Assembly: GCF_030686945.1 (NCBI RefSeq)
Contig: NW_027122668.1
Coordinates: 188,099-252,098, forward strand
Length of the DNA: 64,000 nucleotides
Source of the DNA: Centruroides vittatus
Taxonomy: Eukaryota
Direction of reading: 5' to 3'
The position numbers and the translations under genes were made by a program. This document shows, piece after piece, positions 49,751-61,404 of the stretch; within the stretch, counting starts at the first letter, position 1; the number at the start of each line of letters is the position of its first letter. The notes below the pieces were generated by a model. That model was not told the origin of the DNA and searched no databases. It was given only the letters and a program-made list of their open reading frames with translations.

Positions 49751-50362
49751 AGTAGACAACCGTATAACACGGTAGATACCTTCCGTGTTATATGAATTCC
49801 GTGTTGTACGAGTCATTTAGATTTTACAAATACGTGAGCCCGGCGCTCGTGCACTTTAGCGGGTACGGCTGTTTGAAAGGTTTTCTCCCATAAAATTAAT
49901 CGATTCTAGACTAATTTGACTCGAACATTTCCAAAACATGTATCATTTTTTGGGAATGATCTATATAAACTGTTATAAACAAAAAATTGTAGGAATACCG
50001 AATGCGCGTCGTTCGAACACGCCCATGCTTAAGCTTGTTTTCGTCGCGGAGCGGCTCATCGAACGGCGGACGTGGGCTTCCCGATAAGTTATTCTTTCTG
50101 CGAAAAATTCGCTGAACTTTGGAGACGTCATTAATAGAAATATAATTTTTATAGCTGTTGAATAATAAATGTTTTTTAGTAGGTCCGCTGCTCGTTTAAA
50201 CTCAACGGTTTGTGCAATGTCCACTATTGGTCCAGATTCGACCAATCCTGTCGAGACACGCACGAGTCGGCCATGACAATCTGACTCATTCTTTTACCGT
50301 GTTATACTGGTACGATCCGCTTTTAGCGTGTTATACGAACCCGTGTTATAGGGGGATCTACT
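49751..50362 (-). mobile_element. Second copy (inverted) of the non-autonomous 'TATAACACGG' TIR element seen at 3487-4145
   Basis: rc alignment with 3487-4145 across the whole length. Termini are 'agtagacaaccgtataacacgg' and 'ccgtgttatagggggatctact'. Confidence 0.6.
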
Positions 50363-50424
50363 GTAATTTTATAATTTTGATTATTCGAGCTTGTTAAATT
50401 ATAAATTTTAATATATTAGAGAAA

Positions 50425-52955
50425 ATGAATTATCATCACGCTTCGGGTTCTGAGAAAAGAAAGTACATGAAGAAGTTGGAGGAAGAAGCAAATAAACAGA
50501 AACGCTCTGCTAAAATATGTTATTCATACAAAAGTAGACAATATCAATGTGGAAGTTGAGCCTGAAGAAAAGGACGTTGGTGAATATTCTGGAAACAGTG
50601 AAAATCAAGAAGTACAAATAGAGAAGACAGAAAACAATGAAAATATAATTGAAGTAGTTGAAATGAAAAATATAGAAGACAAAAACATACCAGAGGTTGA
50701 GAAGAAAAACGAAAATGCAATTAATGAAGTAGAAATACAAAATGTAGAAGGTAGATCCAACATCGTTAATGATATTTTAATTTTTGACAATTTGGACATT
50801 TCATTATGGCCTTTAAATTTAACAACAGACACGCAACATTATTTGCTTAAAAATAAACCATCGTCAAATATTTCTCTTGTACACACCGCTAAAAAAGTAG
50901 TGACAGAAGGTGGGAAAACTGTAACTCGGACATTAAAGAAAAATATTTTTACTCGTAACAAGGCAAACGGTGAAAAAATTGAGCGAGAATGGTTAGTGTA
51001 TAGCCCAAGAAGTAAAGCAATGAACTGCTATGTTTGCAAGATATTTGCGATCAGAAGAACCGCTTTTACAGAAGGCTACTCGGACTGGAAAAATGTAAAT
51101 GTAAGAGTAAAAAAACATGAACGTTCTACTGACCATAGGCATTCTATTGAAATTTTGATAGTAAGAAATTCAGTTGAGCGACGTGTAGATACTATAGTTG
51201 AAAAAAGTATTTAGAAAAAAAAATACTGGAGAAAAGTACTGCTGCGGGTAGTAGCAACAATAAAATTTTTAGCTAAAAATTCTCTTGCATTTCGTGGCTC
51301 TAATGAACTCTTTTCTGAATGTCAAAGCGGGAATTACATTGGAACTCTTGAATATTTGGTAGAATTTGATGAGTTTTTAGCATCGCATATAAAACAATAT
51401 GGATCAGCTGGAAAAGGCAACGTGAGTTATCTTTCTTCGACTATTTGTGATGAATTTATTGAAATATTGAACAAGAAAATGTTAGAAACATTTGTGTCAG
51501 AAGTTAAAGCTGCCAAATATTTTTCTATAATAATTGACTCTACTCCTGATATGACACATGTAGACCAATTAACTTTTATATTGCGCTATTTATCAGAAGA
51601 TGGAACCCCAATCGAGAGATTTTTTGGATTTATTCCCATTTATTCTCACTCGGGGGGAATCATCAGAAAATGAACTTTTACAGAATATTGCAAAATTAGG
51701 ACTTGATATTAGCAATTGTAAAGGACAAAGCTACGATAATGCAGCAAATATGTCCGGCAAATACAATGGGCTCCAAAACCGCATTAAAAGACATAGTGAA
51801 ACAGCCCATTACGTTCCTTGTGCTTCGCATTCATTAAATCTAGTAATAAATAGTGCTAGTGAATCATGCTTGCAGGCAATAACATATTTTAATTTACTGG
51901 AAATCATTTATACCTTTTTTTCGGCTTCTACGTATAGGTGGAACATTTTAGAAAAAACTTTTGCCGCAAATAATAAACATTTTACAGTAAAAAAGTTATG
52001 TACTACGAGATGGTCTTGTAGAGCTGATGCAGTTAAAGCAATTCGCGCTGGGTTCGACCAAATAGAAAGTGCTCTTCTTGAAATATCTTTAGACGAATCT
52101 CAGAAATGTTCTGTTAAAGAAGAATCACGAAAAATAGCAAACAAAATGAATACTTTAGAATTAATTTTGTTAACAGTTATTTGGGATAAAATTCTTTCCA
52201 GAATGAATGCGAGCATTTTGCAGTAAATATTTTTGACAATTTATATCATTACGTTAATAGTTTAAGAAGTTCATTTCTGGAAATAGAAGCAGAGGCATTA
52301 AGCACGTCAGAAATAAAAGTGTATTGTGATTTTAAAAAAAGGTCCCAAAAAAGAAAACGTTTCTTTGATGATGCTTATAATGATGAGGGAAATGTAAGTT
52401 TTTGTCAGAGCCAAGAAATGTTTAAGCGAAATTGTTTCTACGTAATTTGTGATAAAATATCTCTTCAATTAAAAGTTAGAAGCAAAAGTTACAAAGATAT
52501 TGATGAAAATTTTTAAAACTCTTCGTACAAACATAGCTGCCGACGAAGACGTATCAATTAATACCGCATTGCTAAAAAAATGGTACAGTGGCGACATTGA
52601 TACTGAAGAATTGGACGAGGAATTGTTGCAATTTAAATTAATTTGCAAAAGCCAAAATTTAACGTTGCCATCTGATATGCTGCAATTTATAAAGAGCACA
52701 AAAATAGTATCAACATTTCCAAATACAGAGATATTATTACGAATGTATTTAACTTTGCCTATATCAAATGCATCTGGTGAAAGGTCATTCTCAGTATTAA
52801 AACGTGTAAAAAATTATTTACTAAACTCACTGAATGCATCAAAATTAAATTCGTTAGCTGTTTTATACATCGAACAAAATGCTTTGGATAATATTAATTA
52901 TGATGAAATAATTGATAATTTTGCTGAATTAAAGACTAGAAAACAGAATTTTTAA
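50425..52955 (+). pseudogene. hAT transposase of the ZMYM1-like type (TTF-type zinc finger plus DUF4371-like core plus hATC), with about four frame disruptions; no identifiable TIRs of its own
   Basis: N-terminal 'SGSEKRKYMKKLEEEANKQKRS'; TTF zinc finger 'CYVCKIFAIRRTAFTEGYSDWKNVNVRVKKHERSTDH'; 'RVVATIKFLAKNSLAFRGSNE'; 'YFSIIIDSTPDMTHVDQLTFILRY'; 'CKGQSYDNAANMSGKYNGLQ' and 'HYVPCASHSLNLV' (hAT DDE motifs); hATC 'SNASGERSFSVLKRVKNYLLNSL'. The pieces lie in the ORFs at 50549-51214, 51356-51673, 51600-52226 and 52500-52955. Confidence 0.8.
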
Positions 52956-52971
52956 ATAAAGTTTATTTAAA

Positions 52972-53720
52972 CAGTAATACCTCGGTTTTTGTTGACTTCG
53001 GTTATCGTCGATTTTTTCGCGAAAAATTTGTCTTTGTTTTCGTCGATTGCCTCGGATTTCGTCGGCGTGCTCGAGTGACCTCGCTGCTAATTTTGCGAAA
53101 ACAAAGGGCGACCCACGCGTTTTCCGGCGCAGTGTGGCGTTATTTCTCGTTGTGTGAATATTACCCCGCGACGGCCCGCCATTGGCCAACGGTTCCGTTT
53201 CCTGAACACTGGGAGTTCAGTCGTGGGTTCGCGCTTTGCCAGGGCGGGCTGGCCACGTGAAGTTTTCCGGGTTTTCTCCACGTCTGTAACGCCTGAATAG
53301 GGGCCAGTAACCCTTAAACGGAATTCCCGGAAGGCATTATTCCCTCGATACGACCATCATAAACGCATACAACTACTATTACGTGACAATTACGTCACAC
53401 TTTACCACGGGGCGATATAGGCTAGAAGCTCGTGTCCAACTAGCTTCTACAAGATAAGACCCCGCGTGTCTAGCCGAACAATTCCATTGCTTTTATCTTA
53501 ATGCTAATTAGTTTTTTATATTAATTTCTTATTTCTTTTAGTATTTAACGCTATATTAATTCTCTATAAAATGTGTTTTTGGTATGTATTTTGGAGTGTC
53601 TAGAACAAATTAATTGGATTTACATTGATTCGTATGGAAATAATTGCCTCGGTTTTCATCGGTTTCGAATTTCGCCGATTGTTTTCGGACGGATTATCGA
53701 CGAAAACCGAGGTATCACTG
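52972..53720. mobile_element. hAT-like MITE (749 bp), TIR CAGTAATACCTCGGTTTT / CAGTGATACCTCGGTTTT, near-identical 8-bp TSD (TATTTAAA / TATTTATA); GC-rich interior
   Basis: Termini are read directly. The flanking 8-mers match at 7 of 8 positions. It begins 17 bp after the stop codon of the ZMYM1-like ORF. Confidence 0.6.
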
Positions 53721-55845
53721 TATTTATATACTTACTTTTTCAAAACTATCTTGGCTTTCATTTAAATTATTTTTTTCATTATTCAATTTACCTCTCATGG
53801 GTAAAATATTATATTATTTAAATATTAACCAAAAAAATTAAATTAAACTATTAATATTTTAAGGTAATATCGTTATTGTATAACAACTTTTGTTAGACAT
53901 TTAATAAAATAAATTTCAATTTTTTTAAATTTATAAACAAACTTTTCTAGAAAAACTAAAATTTTTTGTTGTATATTAAATATTTTTTATTAATAAAAAT
54001 TTAAGATTTGTTTTAGTTTTTCACATTACAGTAGTACCTCAGAATACGAAATTAATCCGTTCCTAAACTGTCATGAAAATGTCGTAAGGTGAATCATTTT
54101 TCCTCATATGATTACGTGTAAAACCAAATAATCCGTTCCAACACGAAAAACACACTCAAATTAAAGCTAAGTAGTACATTGAAAAAAATAACTTTAGTAA
54201 GGAAAACACTGAAAAATGCGTTTTGTAGTTGTAAATGTATAAATAACCATAATAGAATAACAATTGATTAAAAAAATGTAGCTTTATTTGCACTTTACCT
54301 TTGAGGATAGACGACGATGGAGGCGTAAACTGGTGGTGGAAAAGAGGGAGAAGGGAAATGATACTAAAACTTAACTTACATAACATAATGTATCAATAAC
54401 TAAAAATAACTTAACACTAATTTTTTTTAATCTTCTCTGTTTTATATATTTTTTAAAATTTTTTATTCACTGCTTTTTGCTTTCTTTCCTTCACTTCCAC
54501 CAGCACTTTCACTGGATAGAGGTCGCTTGGTAAAATATCTATCCAAAGAGGTTTGGCTTTGCCTACTTTTTAAAATGTTTCTAAAATGACTTAGGCAAAT
54601 GTCATTAAACTGAGCAGCAATGCGGCCAGTGTGAACCTTTTCGGGATGTTTCTTTTCAATAAAATCGGTCACAGTCACAATCAGAAAGAACACGTGATCA
54701 TGACGGTGGCGCTGCGAACTAATGTAACGTCGTATGGTGAGCTTTTGTTCGTACCGTGGAGCAAAAATGTGTTCGAATTTCATGTCGTATACTGAAAATT
54801 TCGTATGTAGAGGTATTACTGTATTTAGTTTTGTTTTATATTTGTTGTGTGCATTATTTCTTGTGGGAGAGGGAGGGGGCCCGGTAGGAAGAAATGTCTT
54901 AGCCCCCAAAATGGGTTAATCCGGCCCTGCGTGGACACCTCGTTACTTAAGTCAGCCATCTTGAAAAGCCACCTCAACGAAAGCGTTTCTTTTTTATGCA
55001 AAACATGACGTCAGATTGTTCAACGGAGGGACTCAACGGAAAATTCACTGTTAAGTCAACCGTTAAATAAAGAAACGTACGGCTAGTATAACAAGGTGAC
55101 AGCCAAATGTTTGAGCGGTTAAGACTTCGGTCTACCGTTCTGACATCGATTCGGCTCTGTCAAGTCCCGTTCCATACAGTTCAGCTGCCCACGTCATGGA
55201 TCTTTTCTTACCACACTAAATTTAACAGAAAAATTCATCACAAAACGATTATTGATGCTAATGTGTGAAATTCTGTTTAATCCATGCAAGATGTGTAATT
55301 ACCAGAGCCCCTTCGGCCGCCAATTTAAAGTCTTTTAATCTTTAAAATTGGCGTTTCCACTTCCCGGGACGAGGACCCAGGGGTTGGATTTGTGGGAAGC
55401 GAGTGTTCGGGTTGTTTCATTGTGTGGAATTACACAGAACGAGGCGCTTGGCGTATAAGTGCGTGAGTGAGAGAATTCGAGTAAAGGTTAAACGATGTAT
55501 ATCTTCGTGTACAGTGATGTTATGTCCGTGCGTGTGTGTGTAATCGAAGAACATCTTCGGCATGTCTATAAACAGAAAACAGTAAATTACAATACGAGAA
55601 TAAGATGTGTTGAAAATGAAACGAAAGCGTTCTTACCATCGGAGATTTCGGAAAATATGCACTTGTCCACTTGGTCCTGTTGGTGGTAAAGTTGGGGAGG
55701 GAGAGGAATCTCCCTCCCAAATGTTCCTAGAAAACACAAAGGCAGTGAGAAAACGAGAAGTTCATTCATTTATTACCTAAGGTTAATATTATTACCTTTA
55801 TCAGACAGTCTTTCTTCCCGAACAGTGTTATGAGAAGAGCGAAAA

Positions 55846-55885
55846 ACCTGACCTGGCCTAGCCTAGCCTAATCTAACCTACCCTA
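55846..55885. repeat. Degenerate interstitial telomeric-type repeat, about seven units of CCTAA / CCTAG (complement of arthropod TTAGG)
   Basis: 'cctggcctagcctagcctaatctaacctaccctaacc'. Confidence 0.5.
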
Positions 55886-55902
55886 ACCGGAAGCTCAAAC
55901 CT

Positions 55903-56968
55903 CATAACAGCTGATTTTGTCGAAACCGTGTTGTGTTTGATTAGTGTGTACAGGCACGATGAAGTGACGTTTATTTTTTCAACACTAGGCTAGTTGAATC
56001 TTTATTTAGTTAGAACGTGTTTTTCTACATCGACGTTTCGGGCTTCAGCCCCTCATCAGCTAACTAAACATATATAAAAAATATATTTTCTACATGGCAT
56101 AAATAAAAATCAAAAAACTAAAAACTCACATAAATTCTTTGTAGACCATACCTTGCTTTTGCATGGGTACTATACACACAGCAGAAATCGGACGACACTT
56201 AGGCTTTACATTTTCAATATCAATTTTTTCTCGCAACTTTAACTCCATAAAAACCAAACCGTTTTTTCATTTTATTACATAAATAAGATAACTTCTGTAG
56301 AAATTAAAAAATTAAAAACCAAAATTTACAAATTCCAAAGGTCGTTTTTACTACCTCATCGACCAATCCGACAATTTGCATATAGCACTGTGTGCCGTAA
56401 GTTGCACCTATTAACAAATTAATTAGCAACATTTGAACCCTTAAGGGTTTCTAAATGTTGGCTAATTAATTTGTTAATAGGTGCAACTTACGGCACACAG
56501 TGCTATATGCAAATTGTCGGATTGGTCGATGAGGTAGTAAAAACGACCTTTTGGAATTTGTAAATTTTGGTTTTTAATTTTTTAATTTCTACAGAAGTTA
56601 TCTTATTTATGTAATAAAATGAAAAAACGGTTTGGTTTTTATGGAGTTAAAGTTGCGAGAAAAAATTGATATTGAAAATGTAAAGCCTAAGTGTCGTCCG
56701 ATTTCTGCTGTGTGTATAGTACCCATGCAAAAGCAAGGTATGGTCTACAAAGAATTTATGTGAGTTTTTAGTTTTTTGATTTTTATTTATGCCATGTAGA
56801 AAATATATTTTTTATATATGTTTAGTTAGCTGATGAGGGGCTGAAGCCCGAAACGTCGATGTAGAAAAACACGTTCTAACTAAATAAAGATTCAACTAGC
56901 CTAGTGTTGAAAAAATAAACGTCACTTCATCGTGCCTGTACACACTTCACTAACAGCTGTTTGGGAAG
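55903..56968. repeat. Near-perfect long palindrome (inverted duplication): two ~530-bp arms with no spacer, centre at ~56442/56443 within 'gaaccctt|aagggtt'
   Basis: The arm 55938-56442 is the reverse complement of 56443-56950 with only a few indels (a 2-bp difference beside the centre and an ~25-bp deletion in the outer part of one arm). The outer ends are both 'aacagctg'. AT-rich and non-coding. Confidence 0.85.
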
Positions 56969-56984
56969 AAAGGTCGGCCGAATG

Positions 56985-57200
56985 TCGCATCCGATGAGTA
57001 GAAGTGTCAGGTCCGGGTGGTCACAATCGGGAGTCATATCCGTCGTTGTCGGGCTTGTCTCCCGAGTGTCACGTTCGGGAGACAAGTCCGTGGGTCACGA
57101 CCGAGTAAGAGAAGTCACGTCCGGGAAAAGGTGTCGAGTCCGGGTGAAAAGTGTCGAATCCGGTAAGAAAGTCGCATCCGGGTGAAGAAGAGGAAATCGA
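56985..57200. repeat. Degenerate tandem repeat of a ~20-bp GC-rich unit (aagtgtcgaRtccggKtRaaa-like) at the edge of a CpG-rich island
   Basis: 'gtcacgtccgggaaaaggtgtcgagtccgggtgaaaagtgtcgaatccggtaagaaagtcgcatccgggtgaagaag', with further diverged units upstream. Confidence 0.45.
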
Positions 57201-57206
57201 AGAGGA

Positions 57207-57689
57207 TCACCGCCTAGGCCAAGGGAACCGCAGCCGTCCGCAGCAACGAAACCACGGACAGCACGGTCCCTCAACTTCGGCGGCTCTCTTCTCCGATTCC
57301 TCCCCGTTCTGACTTCGGCAAGGCGGTGGCGTCGCCGTCGCGGACGAACGGGCAGAACGCGACCAACCAGAAAATGTCAACTCGGACGAGCTGTCATTTT
57401 CTATATCCTCCACAGCAAGGTCTGTGGCCGGATGACCCCCGAAGACCTTGGCCAAGTGCACTGGACCCAGGGTGTAGCATCGCATGATCCCGACTCCGGG
57501 AGGATGCCACGCCACGCGCACTTGGGGAAGGTCTTCTTTACTCGCTGCCTCTCGCTCGTCGAGCCCCCGCTCCTCCAACGGCACGGAACGACAGACTCGT
57601 TCCGCGTCGTCCGAGAAACCCCCTCCCTCCGGCGCCACCGTCTGCCTCCGCCGGAATCTCCTCCAAAGCCGCACCAACGTCGTCATCCT
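57207..57689 (-). CDS. Candidate minus-strand coding exon in a CpG-rich island (ATG immediately after a polypyrimidine/AG acceptor); speculative
   Basis: On the minus strand 'ttttctttttttacag|gATGacgacgttggtg' opens a 160-codon GC-rich frame, MTTLVRLWRRFRRRQTVAPEGGG...GPCCPWFRCCGRLRFPWPRR, that ends in TGA. No recognisable domain. A GC-driven spurious ORF cannot be excluded, and overlapping ORFs exist on the plus strand. Confidence 0.2.
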   Translation of the reverse strand, partial: RMTTLVRLWRRFRRRQTVAPEGGGFSDDAERVCRSVPLEERGLDEREAASKEDLPQVRVAWHPPGVGIMRCYTLGPVHLAKVFGGHPATDLAVEDIENDSSSELTFSGWSRSARSSATATPPPCRSQNGEESEKRAAEVEGPCCPWFRCCGRLRFPWPRR

Positions 57690-58522
57690 GTAAAAAAAGA
57701 AAATTTGCAATTAGTCCGGTGAAAACAAAAGCTTAAATTAATGCTTAAATTCTTCCGAGAAAAGCAAAATGCTGACCGCAGCTGCCTTTTTAAATCTAAA
57801 AGATTCGAATCCGAAGCGCAAACGGCCGACCATCGAACGATGTGCCGAGATGTCTTCTGAGACCGTTCCTTCAAGTAATATTAAATAAATTCTTACGTCT
57901 AAAGTCAATATGGACTAAGACTTACCTGAAAAATCTTTAATCTTCTCTGCAAAAGTCCTCAAACCGCAAAAAACAGCACGCAATCGAAGAGCACAACAGA
58001 AGCACGTCCGACCACAACAAGAAACACAATCGAACTGCGAATCGTCATGCGTGACGAATTTCGAATAACGTTAAAAGACGCGTCAACAATGTTCGAATTA
58101 CGTAAAAATTCGAATTAAAAAAAATCAATTTTATTTTTTTAAAATTAATTTATAATTTTTTTTTCTTTTTAAATTTTGCTTCAACCATTTTCTTGTGTTT
58201 GGAATTTGATAAATAAATTATCTTCTGCATTTACATGGTACAGAATGGCCACCGTGGAGAGGTGAAAGACGATCTTTTGAAATTTTACGTCACGAGGCTT
58301 GACCATCTCCGAAAATTGCCCGAAATTCGTTTGAATACGTTGATAAATATCTTTTTCGGTCGAAAAACTATTAATCGGATGAAACCAATCAAATTCTTAG
58401 GATTTCGATTTATTTCGCCCAATATTATTTCGCTTTACGGAAAGATTCATCGGTCGCCGTCGGGGTTGCGGGTTTCGCGTATTAATGCAACGTCAAACTG
58501 TATAAAGTTAATATTAAAAATA

Positions 58523-58775
58523 CGGCCGGATGGCCGAGCGGTCAAGGTGGCAGCCTACCGCTCTGGGGAACCCGGGTTCGAATCCCGACGGGTCGAAAAA
58601 TCCCCAGGAATTTTTCGGGGGGTGGTCCGTCCGGATATGTCGGGCCCCGTCCCTCACCACCCGGTCGCCCCATTGTGGGCCTGGCCGAACCCATAATGGC
58701 TTGCATAAAGAGGCCCTCTTAGTGCCCACAGGGCGGAAAGAGTTAAAAAATATATATATATATATATATATTAAA
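58523..58775 (+). mobile_element. tRNA-derived SINE (~250 bp) with Pol III A box (TGGCCGAGCGG) and B box (GGTTCGAATCC), GC-rich body and an A/(AT)n tail
   Basis: The head 'cggccggatggccgagcggtcaaggtggcagcctaccgctctggggaacccgggttcgaatcccgacgggtcg' is tRNA-like but does not fold into a complete tRNA by eye. The same ~250-bp unit recurs at 62071-62323 at ~85% identity. Confidence 0.7.
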
Positions 58776-59296
58776 AATACCGAAAAACCTTTATAATGAA
58801 CGAAAATGAAGTCCGAGACAACGGGGAAACCGACACGGAGGAAAACAGACTGAGTTGGGGAGAAGCCACCATTCTTTCTCCCTGAATTTCTGGCTTTTTA
58901 AAGGATCTATCCCCTAAATTCTTAATTTAGAGGACACTTCCGCTCGACTTGGTCCGCAAGTGTTGATCCAACTTTGAAACTTTCGCTCGCCATGATATTT
59001 TATTTTTTGGCGGCTAATAATTTTTTTTTTTTTTTTTTGCCTTCATTACTTACAGCGCGACAATTTTGCTTTCGAAGGAATCTACATTTATTTCCAAATT
59101 TTGTCATGTCTACGAGAGTCAGAGTCAGCTGTTTCCCATCGGCATTGCAATCCGTTAGTTCGCGTCGACCCGTGACCTCGGGGACTGCAATTGGAAAAAA
59201 TTGTATACCTGTAAATTCCCACTGTCTGTCTTAATCTCGAGAACGGAGTTAGATGAAATCCGAGACCAGATATGGAAATTTTAGGAACGGGAGGTC

Positions 59297-59651
59297 CAAT
59301 TAACTATATAAGAACTTCCGATGCAAACCGGAAGTTACGGTTTTTAATTCGAAACTCCACCTCCCGAAAGCAGTTAATAGATGACCTATTAACACGAATC
59401 CATTGTTAAAGAGAAAGTATGATGTACAGGGGCAAGCCACTACTAATTTGAGTTGGAAAGCACATGTTTTAAATTAAATGATTTAAAAGTATGATTAAAA
59501 TTTGCATCCCCGGCATTGTGACGGCGTCACAATAAACAATTGCTTGTAGTTGTCTGTGGAAACTTTGGTTTCAACTTGTGAAAATATTTACAATGACAAA
59601 CTACATTTTGTCGTGTTATGAACCACAATATTGAAGTTAAAATCCTTCTAA
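59297..59651 (+). repeat. Repeat X, copy 2, 5' part (interrupted by element Y)
   Basis: Collinear with 42453-42815 of copy 1. Confidence 0.55.
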
Positions 59652-61113
59652 CAAGGAGACCCTACGGCTTTGGGGAAACGGATTTTGATGATCTTCGGTG
59701 TGGAGGTAGTACACCGTGTGAGTGTACTACCTGTAAAATACTAAAGTGCAATACTCAAATGTAATCGAGAAAAATGAACTTAAAGTTTTCTTTAGCACTT
59801 TATGTATAAGTTACGCGTACTATGGCTCGAGCGTACTGTGGCGTGAGTGGTAACGCTCCTGACTCGTGCGCTGGCGTGCTCGGGTTCAATTCTCTTGTGT
59901 ATAATTTTTTTTTATTCATAAATACTTATAATGTATTTATTATTTATTTATTTTAATTTAATTTCTACTGTTCCAAGCCTAATATTTTTTTCTGAAAAAC
60001 TCACCTTTTTCAAGTTGAGAGAGAACTATTAATACTTATGCCGGGTTTGAACATGGGTCTACAGTCTTTCTCACTCACTCTAACTCTTTGTTGACCAATT
60101 TCCACGCCCCCTTGTTTACTTTTAGTTTGTAAAACGACCGAAGGCACTACTCCATGTTTTAGCCGCTGCTTCGATACATCACTGTATAAAGAGTGATCAT
60201 CAACAGTTTTTTCGTCACAACGTGAGGAACTTGCTTCTCTTGATGACATTTTTGTAATTATAAAATAACTTTTCAAAATAAATTTCACTGAACAAATACG
60301 TCTATTCGAGTCGAAATTCAGAAACGAACGTTATATAGAGTTTTACAAAACAATATTTCACGTCTTTCTAGCGTAGTAGTGCCAAAAAATAACTAGACAA
60401 TGTTAATTTTGACAAAAAGTTACAAATAATGAAGTTTAAATGTCAGTTCAGATATATATATATATATTCTTATTAATTTCTCTAACAAAATATATTGAAA
60501 AATATCGTATTTAAACTAAAGATATTAATAAATGTACGCGATTTTCTTTCATACGAATATAATGATAATTTGATTTTTGGTGAATTTTTTAAAATAATAT
60601 TCCTGACTGACCAGTATTGCCCTCGGTTGTTTTACAAACTAAAAGTAAACAAGGGGGCGTGGAAATTGGTCAACAAAGAGTTAGAGTGAGTGAGAAAGAC
60701 TCTAGACCCATGTTCAAACCCGGCATAAGTATTAATAGTTCTCTCTCAACTTGAAAAAGGTGAGTTTTTCAGAAAAAAATATTAGGCTTGGAACAGTAGA
60801 AATTAAATTAAAATAAATAAATAATAAATACATTATAAGTATTTATGAATAAAAAAAAAATTATACACAAGAGAATTGAACCCGAGCACGCCAGCGCACG
60901 AGTCAGGAGCGTTACCACTCACGCTACAGTACGCTCGAGCCATAGTACGCGTAACTTATACATAAAGTGCTAAAGAAAACTTTAAGTTCATTTTTCTCGA
61001 TTACATTTGAGTATTGCACTTTAGTATTTTACAGGTAGTACACTCACACGGTGTACTACCTCCACACCAAAGATCATCAAAATCCGTTTCCCCAAAGCCG
61101 TAGGGTCTCCTTG
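59652..61113. mobile_element. Foldback-type non-autonomous element 'Y' (1,462 bp) with ~500-bp terminal inverted repeats (CAAGGAGACCCTACGGCTTTGGGGAAACGG...) and an AT-rich centre including (AT)n; inserted into repeat X
   Basis: 59652-60160 is the rc of 60620-61113. Relative to the uninterrupted copy 1 of X ('aatccttTTAAgagg'), the insertion lies at a TTAA, now flanked by the degraded copies 'ctaa' and 'ttag'. The arms contain tRNA-like A-box and B-box sequences ('tggcgtgagtgg', 'gggttcaattc'). Confidence 0.7.
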
Positions 61114-61404
61114 TTAGAGGATTAATAACTTCAATATTGTGGGAAACTGGAAGAAGCGTTGCATTTTCCCATCAAAAATAAACAGAGAAGTGCAAGAGAC
61201 TGATATGTAGAAACTACACCATTAAGATGTGCACTATATCCATCATAGTGGATAACACAAGTATATTAAGGCGAACTAACATTTTGTTCGTTATGTTGGA
61301 GACACTGAAGCCGTAAGCCCGAATGGGGATTAGAAAATTACCAATCAAAAATGCATTCTTAAATAGGCGAAATAAAGAGAACTGTTTTAATCTCGGTCTC
61401 CGCT
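61114..61404 (+). repeat. Repeat X, copy 2, 3' part
   Basis: Collinear with 42816-43103 of copy 1. Confidence 0.55.

Noticed and set aside
58523-58600. tRNA genes (also at 62071-62150 and 61793-61872)
   Set aside because: A and B boxes are present, but the sequences continue into a shared ~170-bp non-tRNA body with A-rich tails and do not form complete cloverleaves by eye. I read them as tRNA-derived SINE heads.
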